From assembly GCF_001447785.1 (NCBI RefSeq), contig NW_015173145.1:131967-195966 (forward strand): a stretch of 64,000 bases of DNA. Reading direction: 5' to 3'. The DNA comes from Gekko japonicus (lineage: Eukaryota). Positions 25,676 through 37,896 of the stretch are shown here, one piece after another (positions within the stretch are counted from its first letter, which is position 1; each line of letters begins with the position of its first letter). The notes beneath the pieces are model-generated. The model did not search any database. It saw only the letters and a program-made list of their open reading frames with translations, and was not told the origin of the DNA. The position numbers and the translations under genes are program-made.

Positions 25676-26430
25676 TGTAATGATTCCTTGTTTTATATGT
25701 GTGTGTGTCTCTTTAAAAGTTTGGTTGCACGGCTGAGGTGTATTAGAGTGGTTGAAGAGACAAGAGTGGTGTGATTGGTGATTGACAGAGAGGGGGAGGG
25801 GTTTTGGAAGTGGTTCTGAGTGGATGAATATGTATGTCTGTCAAGAGTGACAGTTACAGGTTTGACAGTTGATAAAGACAGTTGTTAAGAGAGTTCGTTC
25901 TGAGGTCTGTGGGAGAAGCAGACTTGTATGTGATATAAGAGAGTTAAGTTATGTGTACGAAAGAAGTGAGAAGCAGTTCTGTGTGTAAGCAGTTAAGAAC
26001 AGCCGAGGTTGTTCTGAGAGAATAGGAAAAAGTAAATGAAAGCTAAATTGAAGAGTTACAAAGTTACCTGAAAGATCCCTGTCAATAAGGGAGCAGATTG
26101 TGGGTGAAACACCAAGCATGGGTTCAGTATTTAAACCGTACTAGTTACATTGTTCTACTCTTTTATATATGAATTACTTCAATAAATCTTCTTAATTTAT
26201 TTAAGTATATCAGCTCTGAAAGAAATACTTCCCAAGACCACATAGTTCCCCATAAGCCTTACACTCGACCTACCTACCCAGTAATAGCTAAAGTGAAGTA
26301 TAAAGGTTTGGAAAGCCTTAAATTTCCTGGTGGCAGCCGGATATACCCAGTAGAACAAAACATAAAGTACACTTTTAAAGGGAAATCAGTCCTCCCCAGA
26401 TAAGTCGTCCCAAGGGGCCTGTGGAGACCA
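25676..26430 (+). mobile_element. Solo LTR (Gypsy/ERV-like); right end approximate
   Basis: Starts TGTAATGA and contains AATAAA; shares its 5' end and the tcctggtggcagc block with the 56294-57018 copy; sits between the two halves of an L2 tail. Confidence 0.65.
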
Positions 26431-28699
26431 AGGATATAAATATTTTAAATAAAATGCCTCTTTTCCCTCACAGCCTGGTCTTTGGAGGCCTATCTGTGGC
26501 CAACAAGCACAAACTATGCATCTGCTCTTTGTCGGGGGCCGAGTGCAGTTGCAGTCATTGTTTATAGTCAGCATCAGTGTTGGTCCAGAAGTCAGGCAAG
26601 GCAGAGTCATTCAGTCCAAAGCTGTACACGAGAGCAAGCAGGTCCAAGATCCAAGTCCAAAGCTGGTCTGAAGGTCACTGGGGTGAAGCACAGTTAGGTG
26701 GTGACTTGTTGCTTCCACACAGAGCAGTCTCCCTTGACTGGCTTTTATAAGCCTCTGCTGGAAGGTCTTACTTGCAGCCAGCTGCTTGGGAATAACCCTG
26801 CAGCTACTCATCATCAGCAAACCACTGGCATCAGGCCAGGAGATGTGCTTTTTGTCTTCTAAGCTTTCGTCTCCGGTGCTCAAAGGGTGTGGGTGAAACT
26901 GGAGCACTGGTAATGACCACCTGGGTTTCATCTGTTGGAATGGGGCTGGAAGGTGCAGGTGGCTCCGTATCTGCTGTCAGCTGTGAATTTTGACAAGCCT
27001 GCAGTTCATCTTGCTTGCCAGCTTCTTCTTAAAGATGGCTACACAGGACTCTTCTTCTCCTGAGGAGTCCGTCTTTCCTGACTGACCCACAACACTCTTG
27101 TACTTTAGGTGGACTGGGGGGGGATATAGCTTGAGGCTGAGCCCCTCCCTCTATTTTTCCTCCTGCTCTGCCTATGTATGCAGTTGCAGCCAGGGACACA
27201 AACACAAGATGAGCACAGAGTTCCACCACGGTGAGGAGCAGGCCAACCCAGCCCAGCAGGTTCACAGCCCATCCATCACTCTTCCCCCCCCCCTTTCTTG
27301 GTGCCCAGCCATTCCCCACGAGTCATCCAGTGTTCCTAATTTGGGAGAGGCAGTCTGGAGCCCCCCCCCCCGCCGCCCACTCACAAAAAATGAGCTTCCT
27401 TGAGAAGAGGGGTTTCCATGCTTCAAATGTGTGCCTAGGACATCAGAGGCCAGCCTGGCAGGATGAGAGCTAGATTGTGAGAAGGCACAGGGAGACAGGG
27501 TTCTGCACTGCAAGCATGTGAGTAGAGCATTAGGAAAGGGGGTGCATAAGGCCCCAGGTTCTGTCCCCGGCATCTCCAGTTTAAGGGATCAGATTTAAGG
27601 CTCCGGTTTTAATTCAGTTTACCTCAGTAGTTATAACAATTATTTGTCTCTTTATTGTATACTGAAGGTAAATGATGCTGTTAGAAGGGATGAAATATTG
27701 ATACCTTTGTAGGATTAAAAAAACGTAGCCAAGAATTTTCTCAAAATAGAGGACATAGTAATGAAATATTATTGCAATGGGACAGCCTTTGTTGAACTTT
27801 TATGATGTAATATGCAGTTGTTAAAATTTTGCTAAAGGGGAAAGGTATGTCCAGGTATTATGGGCATTTAAAACCGAAGGTATCTTACCAGGGGTTAATA
27901 CTATTATTTTTGGGGAAGTATAAGGTCCTGGAAAAAGCAAAAAAAAAAAGCAGCAGCAGCTTGAACTTAAAGGAATAAAGATGATTTTAATTTATTGCCT
28001 CCTTTGAATACACTTGTTTTTATTATATTACTGCAATTCTGAATAAATACAATGTGTTATCTTTATAGCTTGTCTAATTTTTTTTGCTAGTTTCCCCCAA
28101 TATTTATTTACCATAGTTTTTCTTCTTATTGCTAGATTTTTTATAGCTTATTGTGAGGTCTTGAAGGAACTCACTCTCAACAACGCTGTCTTGGCAGTGA
28201 TTTGTTTATTGAGAGATTAAGAGATTTCAAGCATGGACGGAGTTGTGTCAGAACTGAGGCCTTTGGCACCAGTCCTGCAAATATTCAGGTTTCGAATGAC
28301 ACCCCCACCCCCCAGTGACCCAGTCCAATCAGCCCATTCAATCAGCCCACCTAAACCTAGGGCACTTCTTTAGCCCTCCTCCACCACCTGCGAGCCTACA
28401 CTTACGTTATCTGCTAAAGCCGGCTAGTGGAGACTGGCACTCAAGGTCATTGTGCTTTCTTCCCCCTTGGAAAGCAGTTGCAAAGGAGCGCAAAAAGCAG
28501 TCCTCTGTACACACGAGATACACACACACTCCCCCCCCCCAATTCCCATCGTGAAAGAACAAAGCAATGACAATACAGTACAGGCAGTGAAAGCAGAGAC
28601 ATATGAAATCCATGGCAAACTAGGGCCCAAGTTTGACACGCCCTAACTACCCAAATTTTTCCTTTAAAAAGATTCCTCCACCACCACCCCCTTTTGAAG

Positions 28700-29050
28700 A
28701 GTTGTTGAGAAATTTCAAATCCTTATATAACCTAAAAATATTAATATTGGTTGGGCTGCATCAAAAATAACGCGTCTATAGTTAAAAGTTTGTTTATTGG
28801 GCTTGATAAGTAAATATATCCCAACAAAACAAAGATTGATGGTACATGATCTGATTATGCTCCCAAGAATGTTTATAGCTAGTCATTGGAGATTTTCAAG
28901 TTCATTAAACATTAAAAATTGATCATATGGAAAGTAGTGAAAATGGCAAAGTTTGGCAAGAACTAGTGGACTTGCATGATGGGAGACTAGAGAAATCTTA
29001 TTTTGCTCAGAGGTGGCAACCTTTCTATAACTTCCCGAATAGGGGAGTGT
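28700..29050 (+). mobile_element. Degenerate L1-clade ORF2 C-terminus
   Basis: Frameshifted fragments LISKYIPTKQRLMVHDLIMLPRMFIASHWR, IWKVVKMAKF and RWQPFY. Confidence 0.5.
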
Positions 29051-29999
29051 CACTTAACTGTCAATATCTATAATTGTGCAGGGTTTTTTTTAGATGCCTC
29101 ATCAGGGAGCTAGGGGCCAGGGATGTGAAATACTTCTATAAGACTTCTATAGCTAAAAAGCGCACTTCATAATCCACAGGTTCAGTAACTGAAACCACAG
29201 GAAAATAATATATATATGAAGGGACTTACCAGCAAAAACTTGAAAAATGACAGACAAAAACACACACGGTGATGACAACTTTTCAGAATGCAGTATCCCG
29301 GTAGTGTAGAGCTCTGGTAGCGTATTTACTAAATGTTCTAGTAGTTTTCACCAGAATTCAGCACCCTGCTGAGGCAGAAACTTGGGAGTGCCATTTGTCA
29401 GCATGGTGCCATCGCCTGGTCAGTTGTCAATAAGTGAACATTGTGGTCAGACGGGCCCACCTCCAGGAGCCCCCCTTGCCTCTTAGCTGCCCCTGGGAAC
29501 CACTGCACTAGGCCAAAGGGGGGGGCGGAGAGTCCAGGCTTCTTTGCACCTGGGTCACAAGGCTTGTTTGAGTGTTTTCGGTGTCCCTTAGCAGCAGCTG
29601 CCTGAAAGTCTCCTTTAGAGCACTTGGAAGGACAGAATGTTTCTGCCTGCTTGTTCCTGTGCCCCTGGTTCATGGGATGCCACGTCAATGTTTCAGGGAG
29701 CCATGTGACTCCAGCTGCAATGCCCCCCAGTTCAGCCTTCTGTGCCATACTGGCTTCTTGCTGCCTCTCTGCGTGAATTCTGGCCCAGGGGATGGTTGAG
29801 CCACTCATTTGTTTCCCAGTTGTTGATCAGCAACAGCTGGGGGGCCGGAGGGCGAGTTCTGCAACCGAACCCCTTTCCTAGCCTTGTTCGCTGGCCTTTG
29901 GTGGTCGCTGTGGAACGACTGATCCAGTTTCTCGGGTTTCAACGTTCCCGAGCGGATGCAGCTCCTCTAAGGGCCTTGTCCTGTCTTTCCTCTCTGCAG

Positions 30000-30016
30000 T
30001 GTACGTTGTGGAAGAG
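30000..30016 (+). CDS. CYSTM1: CYSTM1 last coding exon, visible 5' part (continues into N-gap 30017-30148)
   Basis: Polypyrimidine tract plus cag (ctgtctttcctctctgcag) ends at 29999. The join G|TG TAC GTT GTG GAA GAG gives VYVVEE, phase-compatible with exon 843-1095 and matching the recalled CYSTM1 'TVYVVE' motif. Confidence 0.9.
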
Positions 30017-30148
30017 NNNNNNNNNNNNNNNNNNNNNNNNNNNNNNNNNNNNNNNNNNNNNNNNNNNNNNNNNNNNNNNNNNNNNNNNNNNNNNNNNNNN
30101 NNNNNNNNNNNNNNNNNNNNNNNNNNNNNNNNNNNNNNNNNNNNNNNN
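30017..30148. other. Assembly gap (132 N) inside the CYSTM1 last exon
   Basis: N run. Confidence 0.99.
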
Positions 30149-30497
30149 TTCCTCTGGTCTCTCCTCTGATTCGACAGCTTGTTAGTACTGTAATAAATGA
30201 TCTGCTTTGCACAGGTGACAGCAGCACACGTCCACCACCCAGGTAGCACCGTGAAAAGTTGGTGGGTTATGATGCACTTTTCAGTTTAGCGGAAGGAAGT
30301 CCTCCCACCTCTCTAGAGTGTATTTCTGTTGTCCTTTTGAAGAATGTGCTAAATGTCTTTTTTTTTTTTTTTTGGTTATGCAAATGGCTTTTCTTACAAA
30401 TTATGTATTTATAATTAGAGATGAAAAAAATATGCAATAATTTAAGCCAATCGTTTTTCTTACTAGCTTCCACGTCTGTTTTCAATTAACTTAGTCC

Positions 30498-30503
30498 AAT
30501 AAA
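30498..30503 (+). promoter_or_regulatory. Probable CYSTM1 polyadenylation signal (a proximal AATAAA also lies at 30192-30197)
   Basis: AATAAA after an AU/U-rich 3'UTR-like tract, followed by GU-rich sequence (ggatgtggttcaagtttgtgg). Confidence 0.55.
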
Positions 30504-31193
30504 GTTATGGACCAAGTGACAATTGGATGTGGTTCAAGTTTGTGGAGAGCACCCGAAGAGGGCCTGTTCTTCCTACAGAGCATTCTCTGCACTCTGCTCG
30601 GTGTGGTTCCCCCCTTTGGTTTCTGAGAAACTTCACAGGAGAAATCCTGAAAAAAGTGCCCAGAAGCCTCTTTTGTTGTCTGTGGCCCTCTGTTGGTTCA
30701 GATTCTGAATTCTGCCAAGTCTTCGCTGTTGGAGTCAACAAGCTATATTCACAGACATTATTTTATTCTGTCTGGAGAGCAGGTGCTTGGGTAAGTCTCT
30801 CTCTGTTCAGCACTGTCAAAAGTCCCATGAGGCTAAAACTCTGCTGATTCCTTAACTGTCCTGGACATTATCTCACCAGGGGCTTCTGGATGCTTTTGTG
30901 ATCTCTGCGTCCCCAGGGGCTTCCCCACTGTGGGTGGGTGGCCAATTGCAAGAGCGCCCTTGAAACGTAACTGGGTCTGAGACAGGTGGTTCTCCACGCC
31001 AGTGCTGTAAAAGCCACAGTGGACAGCAGAGAGCCTGCTGTGTTTATGAACCCTGCAGGGGACTATAGAACCTCCCACGTACAGCTGAGAAAGCAAGAAG
31101 CCGCTTTTGTGCTCTCTGGCTGAGCAGAATAGAAAGCAAAATGAAACTTAGGGTTGGAGCCAGTGACGGGGGCGGGCAGTGGAGTGTTGTGGC

Positions 31194-31399
31194 CAGCGTT
31201 CCCTCTAAGCTGAGTTAGTGTGAGCTAGCTCACAGTTCTTTAGCCTCCGGCTCACACATTTTTGTCTCGGCTCAGGAAGGAGGGCTCCAGAGCAAACTAA
31301 TTCATGCAGTAGCCAAATCGCTCGCTCACCACTTTAATGCCAGTAGCTCACAAAGCAGAATTTTTGCTCACAAGACTTCACAGCTTAATGGGAACATTG
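31194..31399 (+). mobile_element. hAT MITE family A, copy 3
   Basis: Same TIRs and body; perfect TSD gttgtggc. Confidence 0.92.
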
Positions 31400-31845
31400 G
31401 TTGTGGCACTTTCCATTCTCCCCCCAAACAGCCCTGTCTGGCCCTGGGAAAGCTGATTCCTGGGGATGCAGGTCCTGCACATATAGAACCCACTCCTGTG
31501 GCCGTAGGGATAGAGGAGAAACGGAGAGTGGCTAGTAAGCCCTGACCCTGCTGCCTCTGTGCTTATGGTAAATAACCAGTGGAGAGGTCGTTGAAAAAAC
31601 CCGGACTGGCATTCTCCATCAGGATGTTTGGATCTTCCTCCAAACCACCCCCCCCATCCTTTACTCAAGCAGCTGCTTACGTAGTAGCCTTTCTGATCCC
31701 TACCCTCTAGGTTTTTTTATCACACAGATCCTGGGCAAGAACTCTCCAGCTTGGTTCTCAGCTCCAGAGTGAGGCGGTGGGAGAACGAGGTGTCTCTCCT
31801 CCAGGCTCTTTGGGTGCTTCCTTGGGAGCAGAGAACATCTGCCCC

Positions 31846-31856
31846 NNNNNNNNNNN
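31846..31856. other. Assembly gap (11 N) after a C run
   Basis: N run. Confidence 0.99.
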
Positions 31857-32512
31857 AGGAATGCCCCCTTTGGACCAAAAGCAGAGGCCGCCACTAGAGA
31901 CTGTCTTCCTTGAGTCACGTCCGAAGCCATTCCGACTCCCAGTTGCATCTTTGATGCAGTGAGGAACGGAGACAAGGGGGCAGGCAAGGGGACGCTTCCA
32001 GTGAATTACGAGCAGCCAGAGCTTATCAGTTGGGTTCTTCGGCTCCAGCACAAGCTGGACTGCCTGTTCCAGTGAGACCAGTCCCACTCCTGGAGGATGT
32101 TGTGGCAGAGGGGCACAGTAGACCCCTAACCCTGCATTTTCAATTCCTTTTGATCCACCACTCTCCTGTTTACCAATGGAAAAGTAATCTACTCAATAAG
32201 AAGGAAACCTTCTGCCTTCCCGTGCTTGAGCAACTGAGTGAAACCTAAAAGTATGGCTGGCAGAGGAGGTGGTGAGATCCTGTGTCATTTCTCTCCTCCG
32301 CACAAACTTGCTGCTGACCTTCTGGCCTGGGTCAGACAGAAGGGTGCAGCGAACTACTGCTGCAGTCATCCTGGCAAGCTGAGGCAAGGAAGGCGAGGAG
32401 CGGTCCTGGGTGATGTGATCTGCGTGCCAGCTACTGAGATGGGCACTGGCTTTTTCCTTGTTTAAGAACACAGTGGTAGGCATTAGGCGGCTGATCTTAC
32501 TCATACGCTTTT

Positions 32513-32645
32513 ATAGAACAAAGTTAGAGTCCAATGGCACCTTTAAGACCAACAAAGTTTAATTCAAGGTGTGAGCTTTCGAAAGGTGCCGTTGGACTCC
32601 AACTTTGCTCTGTTGCTTCAGACCAACACGGCTACCCACCTTGAT
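32513..32645. mobile_element. Penelope-derived repeat
   Basis: Same arms; one arm internally deleted. Confidence 0.7.
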
Positions 32646-33883
32646 ACTCTCTTATATTTCACAGATAGTGTTTCAATCTAGGTTTGGCTGAGTTGCACTC
32701 TCTTGGGCTTCTATTCTACATCTGGGTTCAGTTCCGATACTGGATCATCAGAATGTCTTACTTCACCGTGCCAGACTCGTTCTTAAAAATGCCTTTGGGA
32801 GCTCAGCAATTTTACACTAGATTTGAAAGAGCCCAGTTCTACTGTAGACAGAAATGTGAAACCTTCCTAGGCGTATAAACTGGCTTGTCTCTAGCTGCTC
32901 CGTTCCAAAAGACAGGAGGGCACTTCCGTCTTCAGAGGAGGAGGGGGGTGATTTTCCTTGGTTCCCCCCTCCCACTCCTTGTCTCTTCCAAACCCGGGGG
33001 GGGGGGGGGGAGATTAGGGAAGCTCAGTGGGAGACGGAAGCAGGGAAAGCCCACCCTGCAAGCAAGCCTTGTTGGGCACAAGCCCCCAAACCGAAGTTAC
33101 TTTTCACACGGCTTCTTTGCTCAGTCACTTCTATAGTATCAAATAGTATACAGATTTTTTTTTTTAAATCCCAGGAGAATTCAGTATCCGTAACACGGCC
33201 AGCCAATCCTCTTGCGGCTGAATTATAGGTTTCCACCACCAGAGGGCAGCATCAGCTATCGACTGTGGCTTAATTACCCACATTTCTGCGCAGCACCGTT
33301 GCATCGGCCCTTAAACGGAGAGACTGGAATTCCTACAGAAAACTAACCAAAAGGCAGTCCGATGCAAGAAGCCATGCCTCCACAGAGAGGCAGTACAGAT
33401 CTTGTAGGAATCTCCAGCGTAAGAGGGTGCCCCAGCTGCCGAGCTTTTCCTCCTCAACCTGGTCTCGAATGTCAGGCTATTGTGGGTGGGTGTGGTCCAC
33501 TCAGACCCGCTGGAGAGCTGTGAGGGAGTGCTCAGTCAAGAGGGACTCCGGGGCTGCCTTCAGCGAGCAGCTGGGTTCCTTCCAATTCCGACTGTCCTGC
33601 AAAGCAACCAGTCCGAGCTGGATTTAGAATGATCATTCTATGTAACTGACATGCAGGACAAGTACTGACCCCTGTGCAGACAAATCCACAGCACAGGGGG
33701 GGGGGCAACCACAGCTGTGGTGTAGGAGTTTGCAGGAAAATTAAAAATATAAACAGAATAGAGTACAACTCTGCAAAAACTCTGCGGCGTCGTATCTGCA
33801 AAAGAATCCTTTGTAGTTTGGCTGGTATGGTGGATTGCCACCGTTAACTACGATGCACACCAAAGTACACCCCTGTGCGCACA

Positions 33884-34327
33884 CATAGAATCATAGAATG
33901 TTAGAGTTGGAAGGCACCTTGCAGGTCATCTAGTCCAACCCCCTGCACTCTGCAGGAGCATAGCCGAAAGATAACCCTACAATATACCCGAAAGATGGTC
34001 ATCCAGCCTCCGCTTGAAAACGTCCAGCGAAGGAGCATCCACCGCCTCCCGAGGCAGTCTGTTCCTTCCACTACTCAACCACTCTTACAGTTAGGAAGTT
34101 TCTCCTGATATTTAGCTGGTATCAACTCCCTTGTCATTTCCACCCATTAGATCTAGTCTTGCAATATGGAGCAGGAGAGAATAGATCTGCTCCATCTTCT
34201 ACACGACAGCCCTTCAAATACTTGAAGACTGCAATCTTGTCCCCTCTAAGCCTTCTCTTTCCCAGGCTAAAAATACCCAACTCTTTCAGCCTGTCCTCAT
34301 AAGACTTGGATTCAAACCCTCTCACCA
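33884..34327 (-). mobile_element. CR1 LINE 3' end, same subfamily as 14849
   Basis: [29 protein letters not shown]...; catagaatcatagaat tail. Confidence 0.93.
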
Positions 34328-35247
34328 GAGTGCGGGGCGCAACAGTGAGTTCGGGCAGGGGAGAAGGAGGGGGAAAGCGGATGTCCCCACCCTTCTGTGC
34401 AGGTCCCTCTCTTATCCAAATCCCAGTCTGAATCCAGGCCAGCAATCGACGAGACGTCTGGCAGGGCGGAATGTGAAAGCCAAGAGCCACGCAGGCCCAG
34501 GCAAACCAGGACCGGCTGCATGACCTTGGCTCAGCGTGATGTTCATGTCTCCCCCAAAGAGCGAGCCTGAGGTCCACGCCAGGCAATGAAGTCAGAATAT
34601 TATCCTTACTGTCTCTCTCGATTGTTACATTCATTCATCCAAGTGGGAGGTGGAGTTGACGGTGGGGATATTTTCTAGCCAGACAATAATGAATGCTTAT
34701 GACAAATGTCTTCCACAAGGTGGCACCAATGCTACCGTAGCCTTTCAGGTGGGGGCGTCGCCATGGCCGTCTGAAACAACAGAACAAAGTGCTACAGTAT
34801 CCGGTCAGACTTTGACAATTTCTCGGCATCAAGCGGCTTTTTGATAAAATGCTTTCCCCCTGAAGAGGCCCCCTCCTGTGCCATATCATGACCTGCTCCT
34901 GCAGTCTAAATCTTCCCCCAGCATGGAAGTCATTCCCACATCACCCTTTTTGCCACCTCAGAATTCCATGTACTTTTTAAAAAATGTGCATCTAACTTTC
35001 CCAATTCTTTCAGTTCATACTTATGCATAGGAACAGATCTCTAACAGCTGCTTTTCTGAATATCTCCAATCGGTGGCAGAGGACTGTGCCACCCCCGCTT
35101 CCCCCAGGAAACGGCAACCTGGAAGTAAAAAATTCCACTGCTCCAAGCTAGACTTCTGCTTAAATGCTGCTTGAACCCTCCTACAACCTTGTCGTAGTGT
35201 ACATGGTTTTCACCCACCGTTATCATCCATTATCATCTTCTGCACAA

Positions 35248-35529
35248 AGAAGAAGAGAGAAGAGATTGGATTTATACCCCGCCCTTCACTCGGAGTCTCA
35301 GAGTGGCTTACAAACTCCTTTCCTTTCCCCTCCCCACAACAGACACATTGTGAGGTGGGTGGGGCTGAGAGAACTCTGACACAAACTGCTCTTTTTCAAG
35401 GACAGCTGTGCCAGAGCTTGTGACTGACCCAAGGTCACATCAGCCAGGTGCAAGTGGAGGAGTGGGGAATCAAACCCGGTTCTCCCAGATTAGAGTCCGC
35501 ACACTTACCCACTACACCAAACTGGCTCT
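35248..35529 (-). mobile_element. Squam3-like SINE
   Basis: Full-length copy, nearly identical to 7280-7563. Confidence 0.88.
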
Positions 35530-35704
35530 CAACAACAAAGCACTTTTGCTTCTTGTTGATGCTACAAAGCAACCCCCCCCCCAAAAAAAACCCCTCCCTC
35601 CCTCCATCTACAGTAAGATTTTCAACAGATAACTCTGAACCTCTGACAAAAGGAACATGGGAGGCTTAAAGAAAGATCAGCAAAGAACCAGACCCTAGGT
35701 AGAA

Positions 35705-35710
35705 TTTATT
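35705..35710 (-). promoter_or_regulatory. Probable PFDN1 polyadenylation signal
   Basis: tttatt on + (AATAAA on -), about 160 nt past the PFDN1 stop codon. Confidence 0.6.
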
Positions 35711-35869
35711 GGTACATCGAACAATAGGATGGGTGGGTGCAGCTTCACTGCATGACTCAAGGGTCTCGGGTCCTCTGCACGGAACGATCTGGCTCCCAGG
35801 TGGCTCTGCTTTTCTCCGCTCAGTCCAAATACAAGAAAGGGGGGGGGTACTGATGAGGTTGAAGCCCCC

Positions 35870-35953
35870 CTACTGTGCTCTTCTAGCCATTAGCATCTCC
35901 CGGATGTTATCTTCAGCCTCTTTAACACTCCGCTCCAGGTATGACTTTCTTTG
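35870..35953 (-). CDS. PFDN1: Prefoldin subunit 1, last coding exon
   Basis: Minus strand reads ctttcag|CAA AGA AAG TCA...CAG TAG = QRKSYLERSVKEAEDNIREMLMARRAQ*, matching the recalled PFDN1 C-terminus. The convergent CYSTM1-PFDN1 arrangement agrees with recalled human synteny. Confidence 0.95.
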   Translation of the reverse strand, partial: QRKSYLERSVKEAEDNIREMLMARRAQ

Positions 35954-36118
35954 CTGAAAGACACCAGAGCACAAGAGAGAGAGAGAGAGAGTGAGGGCCA
36001 GTATTGGTTACATGGGAAACGTTGGGGGCACATGTGACTGGAGGCCCAGCTGCAGCATCAGAGGAGTTCCTGCAACCTTCAGTCTGGTGGGCCAGGGGGA
36101 GCTCTAACATTACTGTGA

Positions 36119-36740
36119 GATAGAACAAAGTTTCGTGCGTGCACACGAAAGCTCACACCTTGAATAAAACTTTTGCTGCGGTCAGACGGAGACGGAAGAT
36201 AGGCGGATTTTCCGGGCGCGATCACACTGCCACATCTGGGAAGCGTAGAGCTCCCGTGGCGAACCCGAGGCTTCCCGCCGAAGATGTGGAGTTAAAAACT
36301 AGTACCTCCGAGGCAAACAGGTTCCCCCCCCTAAGTCTCCACAAGATGCGCACAAGCACCCAACGGTGCATGCGCACAAAGAGGGAAGCGAAAGTGCCGT
36401 TTCAGCTTTAAAAAAAAATAATAAATGACCCCGTTTGTCACGGCAGCGGCGCCTAGCCATTGCTGGTGTGATTGCGCCACGCCACTTCTTTGCCGTGCTG
36501 CAGGATCGTCGTGTGATCGCCACCCTCGTTTACCCGCCAGTGCCGAGGGAAGGACCCGTGGTGTGCCGCCGGCGTGTCTGATCGTGTAATTGCGGATCAA
36601 ACTGCGCCGGGCAATTAGCCACGCCTCCCCCCCGCGCGATATCCGGCCCGTGTGTCCGGGGCCTTTGTTGGTCTTAAAGCTGCCATTGGACTCCAACTTT
36701 GTTCTGCTGCTTCAGGCAAACACGGCTGCCCACCTTGATT
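36119..36740. mobile_element. Penelope-derived repeat split by MITE copy C
   Basis: gcacacgaaagctcacaccttgaataaaac[MITE]tttgttggtcttaaagctgccattggactc. Confidence 0.72.
36174..36663. mobile_element. CpG-rich PIF/Harbinger-like MITE, copy C, inserted in a Penelope-derived repeat
   Basis: Splits the host motif aataaaactttgttggtc and duplicates ttt (3-bp TSD). Confidence 0.8.
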
Positions 36741-37436
36741 CATTACTATGAGATGCACCTCAAAGAACAGTGCCCCGACATTTTAAGCAAACCTTTTAGG
36801 TTTCTGGGTGAAATCAAACTCCACCAAATCTTTTCCCCCCAACAGACTCTCCCTGTGGGGGAGACAATCTTGTAAGGAAATTCTTTAAACCTCAGGTGTA
36901 TGGGTTCCCGAGGGGTGCCTGGGTTTGTCATTTTGCTAGGACAGACAGAAAGCCCCGAGGCACCTGAAACGCCAACAAGATGTATTCCTTCTGTGGATCA
37001 GAATCTGCTCCATCAGATGTGTGAAAGGGTCACCTAAATAGGAAGTTTACACGCACACACCCCAGTACAGACACAGCACAAGGAACAAAGGGCTGGCTTT
37101 TTACCAAGTGAGGCCAAAAGGCCAAGCATTGCGTGAGATTACGGTGGGTGTGTCACGGTAGTACAAGGAGCAGTAAAGGGTATAGAATCCAATCAAAGGC
37201 ACAGAAGATCCAATAAGCGTGGGTGTGATCCTCGGGCTGGCTAGCGGCCACGGGAGATGAATAGCACGGCAACATCAACATGGTAAACAAACACCTAATG
37301 AAAGCGAGCTGGCCACTCCCGACATTCGTTGAGACGAAATTCCATAGGGATCAAACACAGCGGTACTACACTAGAATCTCCAAAGTCTCCTTCTGGGATG
37401 TTATTGTCCGGAGAATCGAGACTTTTAAGGTCTGCT

Positions 37437-37710
37437 AATGAACTCTCTCTAGAAGCCGAAATCACTAAAGTGAGGCTATCGTACTTTGGTCACATCCTGA
37501 GAAGACCAGACTCAATGGAAACGACAATAACGGTAGGAAAAGTTGAAGGCAGCAGGAAAAGAGGAAGAGCCAACATGAGGTGGATGGACTCAATCAAGGA
37601 AGCCACAGAGGCCCTCAGGCTGCAAGACCAGAGAAGGTGATAGGATGTTTTGGAGGTTATTAATTCATAAGGTCGCCATAAGTTGGAACCGACTTGATGC
37701 CACTTAACAC
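37437..37710 (+). mobile_element. RTE LINE 3' fragment
   Basis: ELSLEAEITKVRLSYFGHILRRPDSMETTITVGKVEGSRKRGRANMRWMDSIKE; tail ggtcgccataagttggaaccgacttga. Confidence 0.85.
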
Positions 37711-37802
37711 AGAGAGAGAGAGAGAACGTGCTGCGGTGACCAACACTTTCCGAGTGTCACCATTTTTAATCTCTTTTTTTGAAGGGGGTCAAGTCACAAC
37801 CT

Positions 37803-37862
37803 ACTTATGCCCAGAATTCAACTTTGTTGGTCTCTTAAAGGTACCACTGGATTCAAACTTTC
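37803..37862. mobile_element. Penelope-derived repeat fragment (single arm)
   Basis: ttatgcccagaattcaactttgttggtctcttaaaggtaccactggattcaaacttt matches the family arm. Confidence 0.6.
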
Positions 37863-37896
37863 TCCTACTTATGGCAACCGCTCAGAGGTAAGAGAT

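Noticed and set aside
26465-27400. Possible additional LTR-like element
   Set aside because: Composition is suggestive, but I could not define termini or a TSD.
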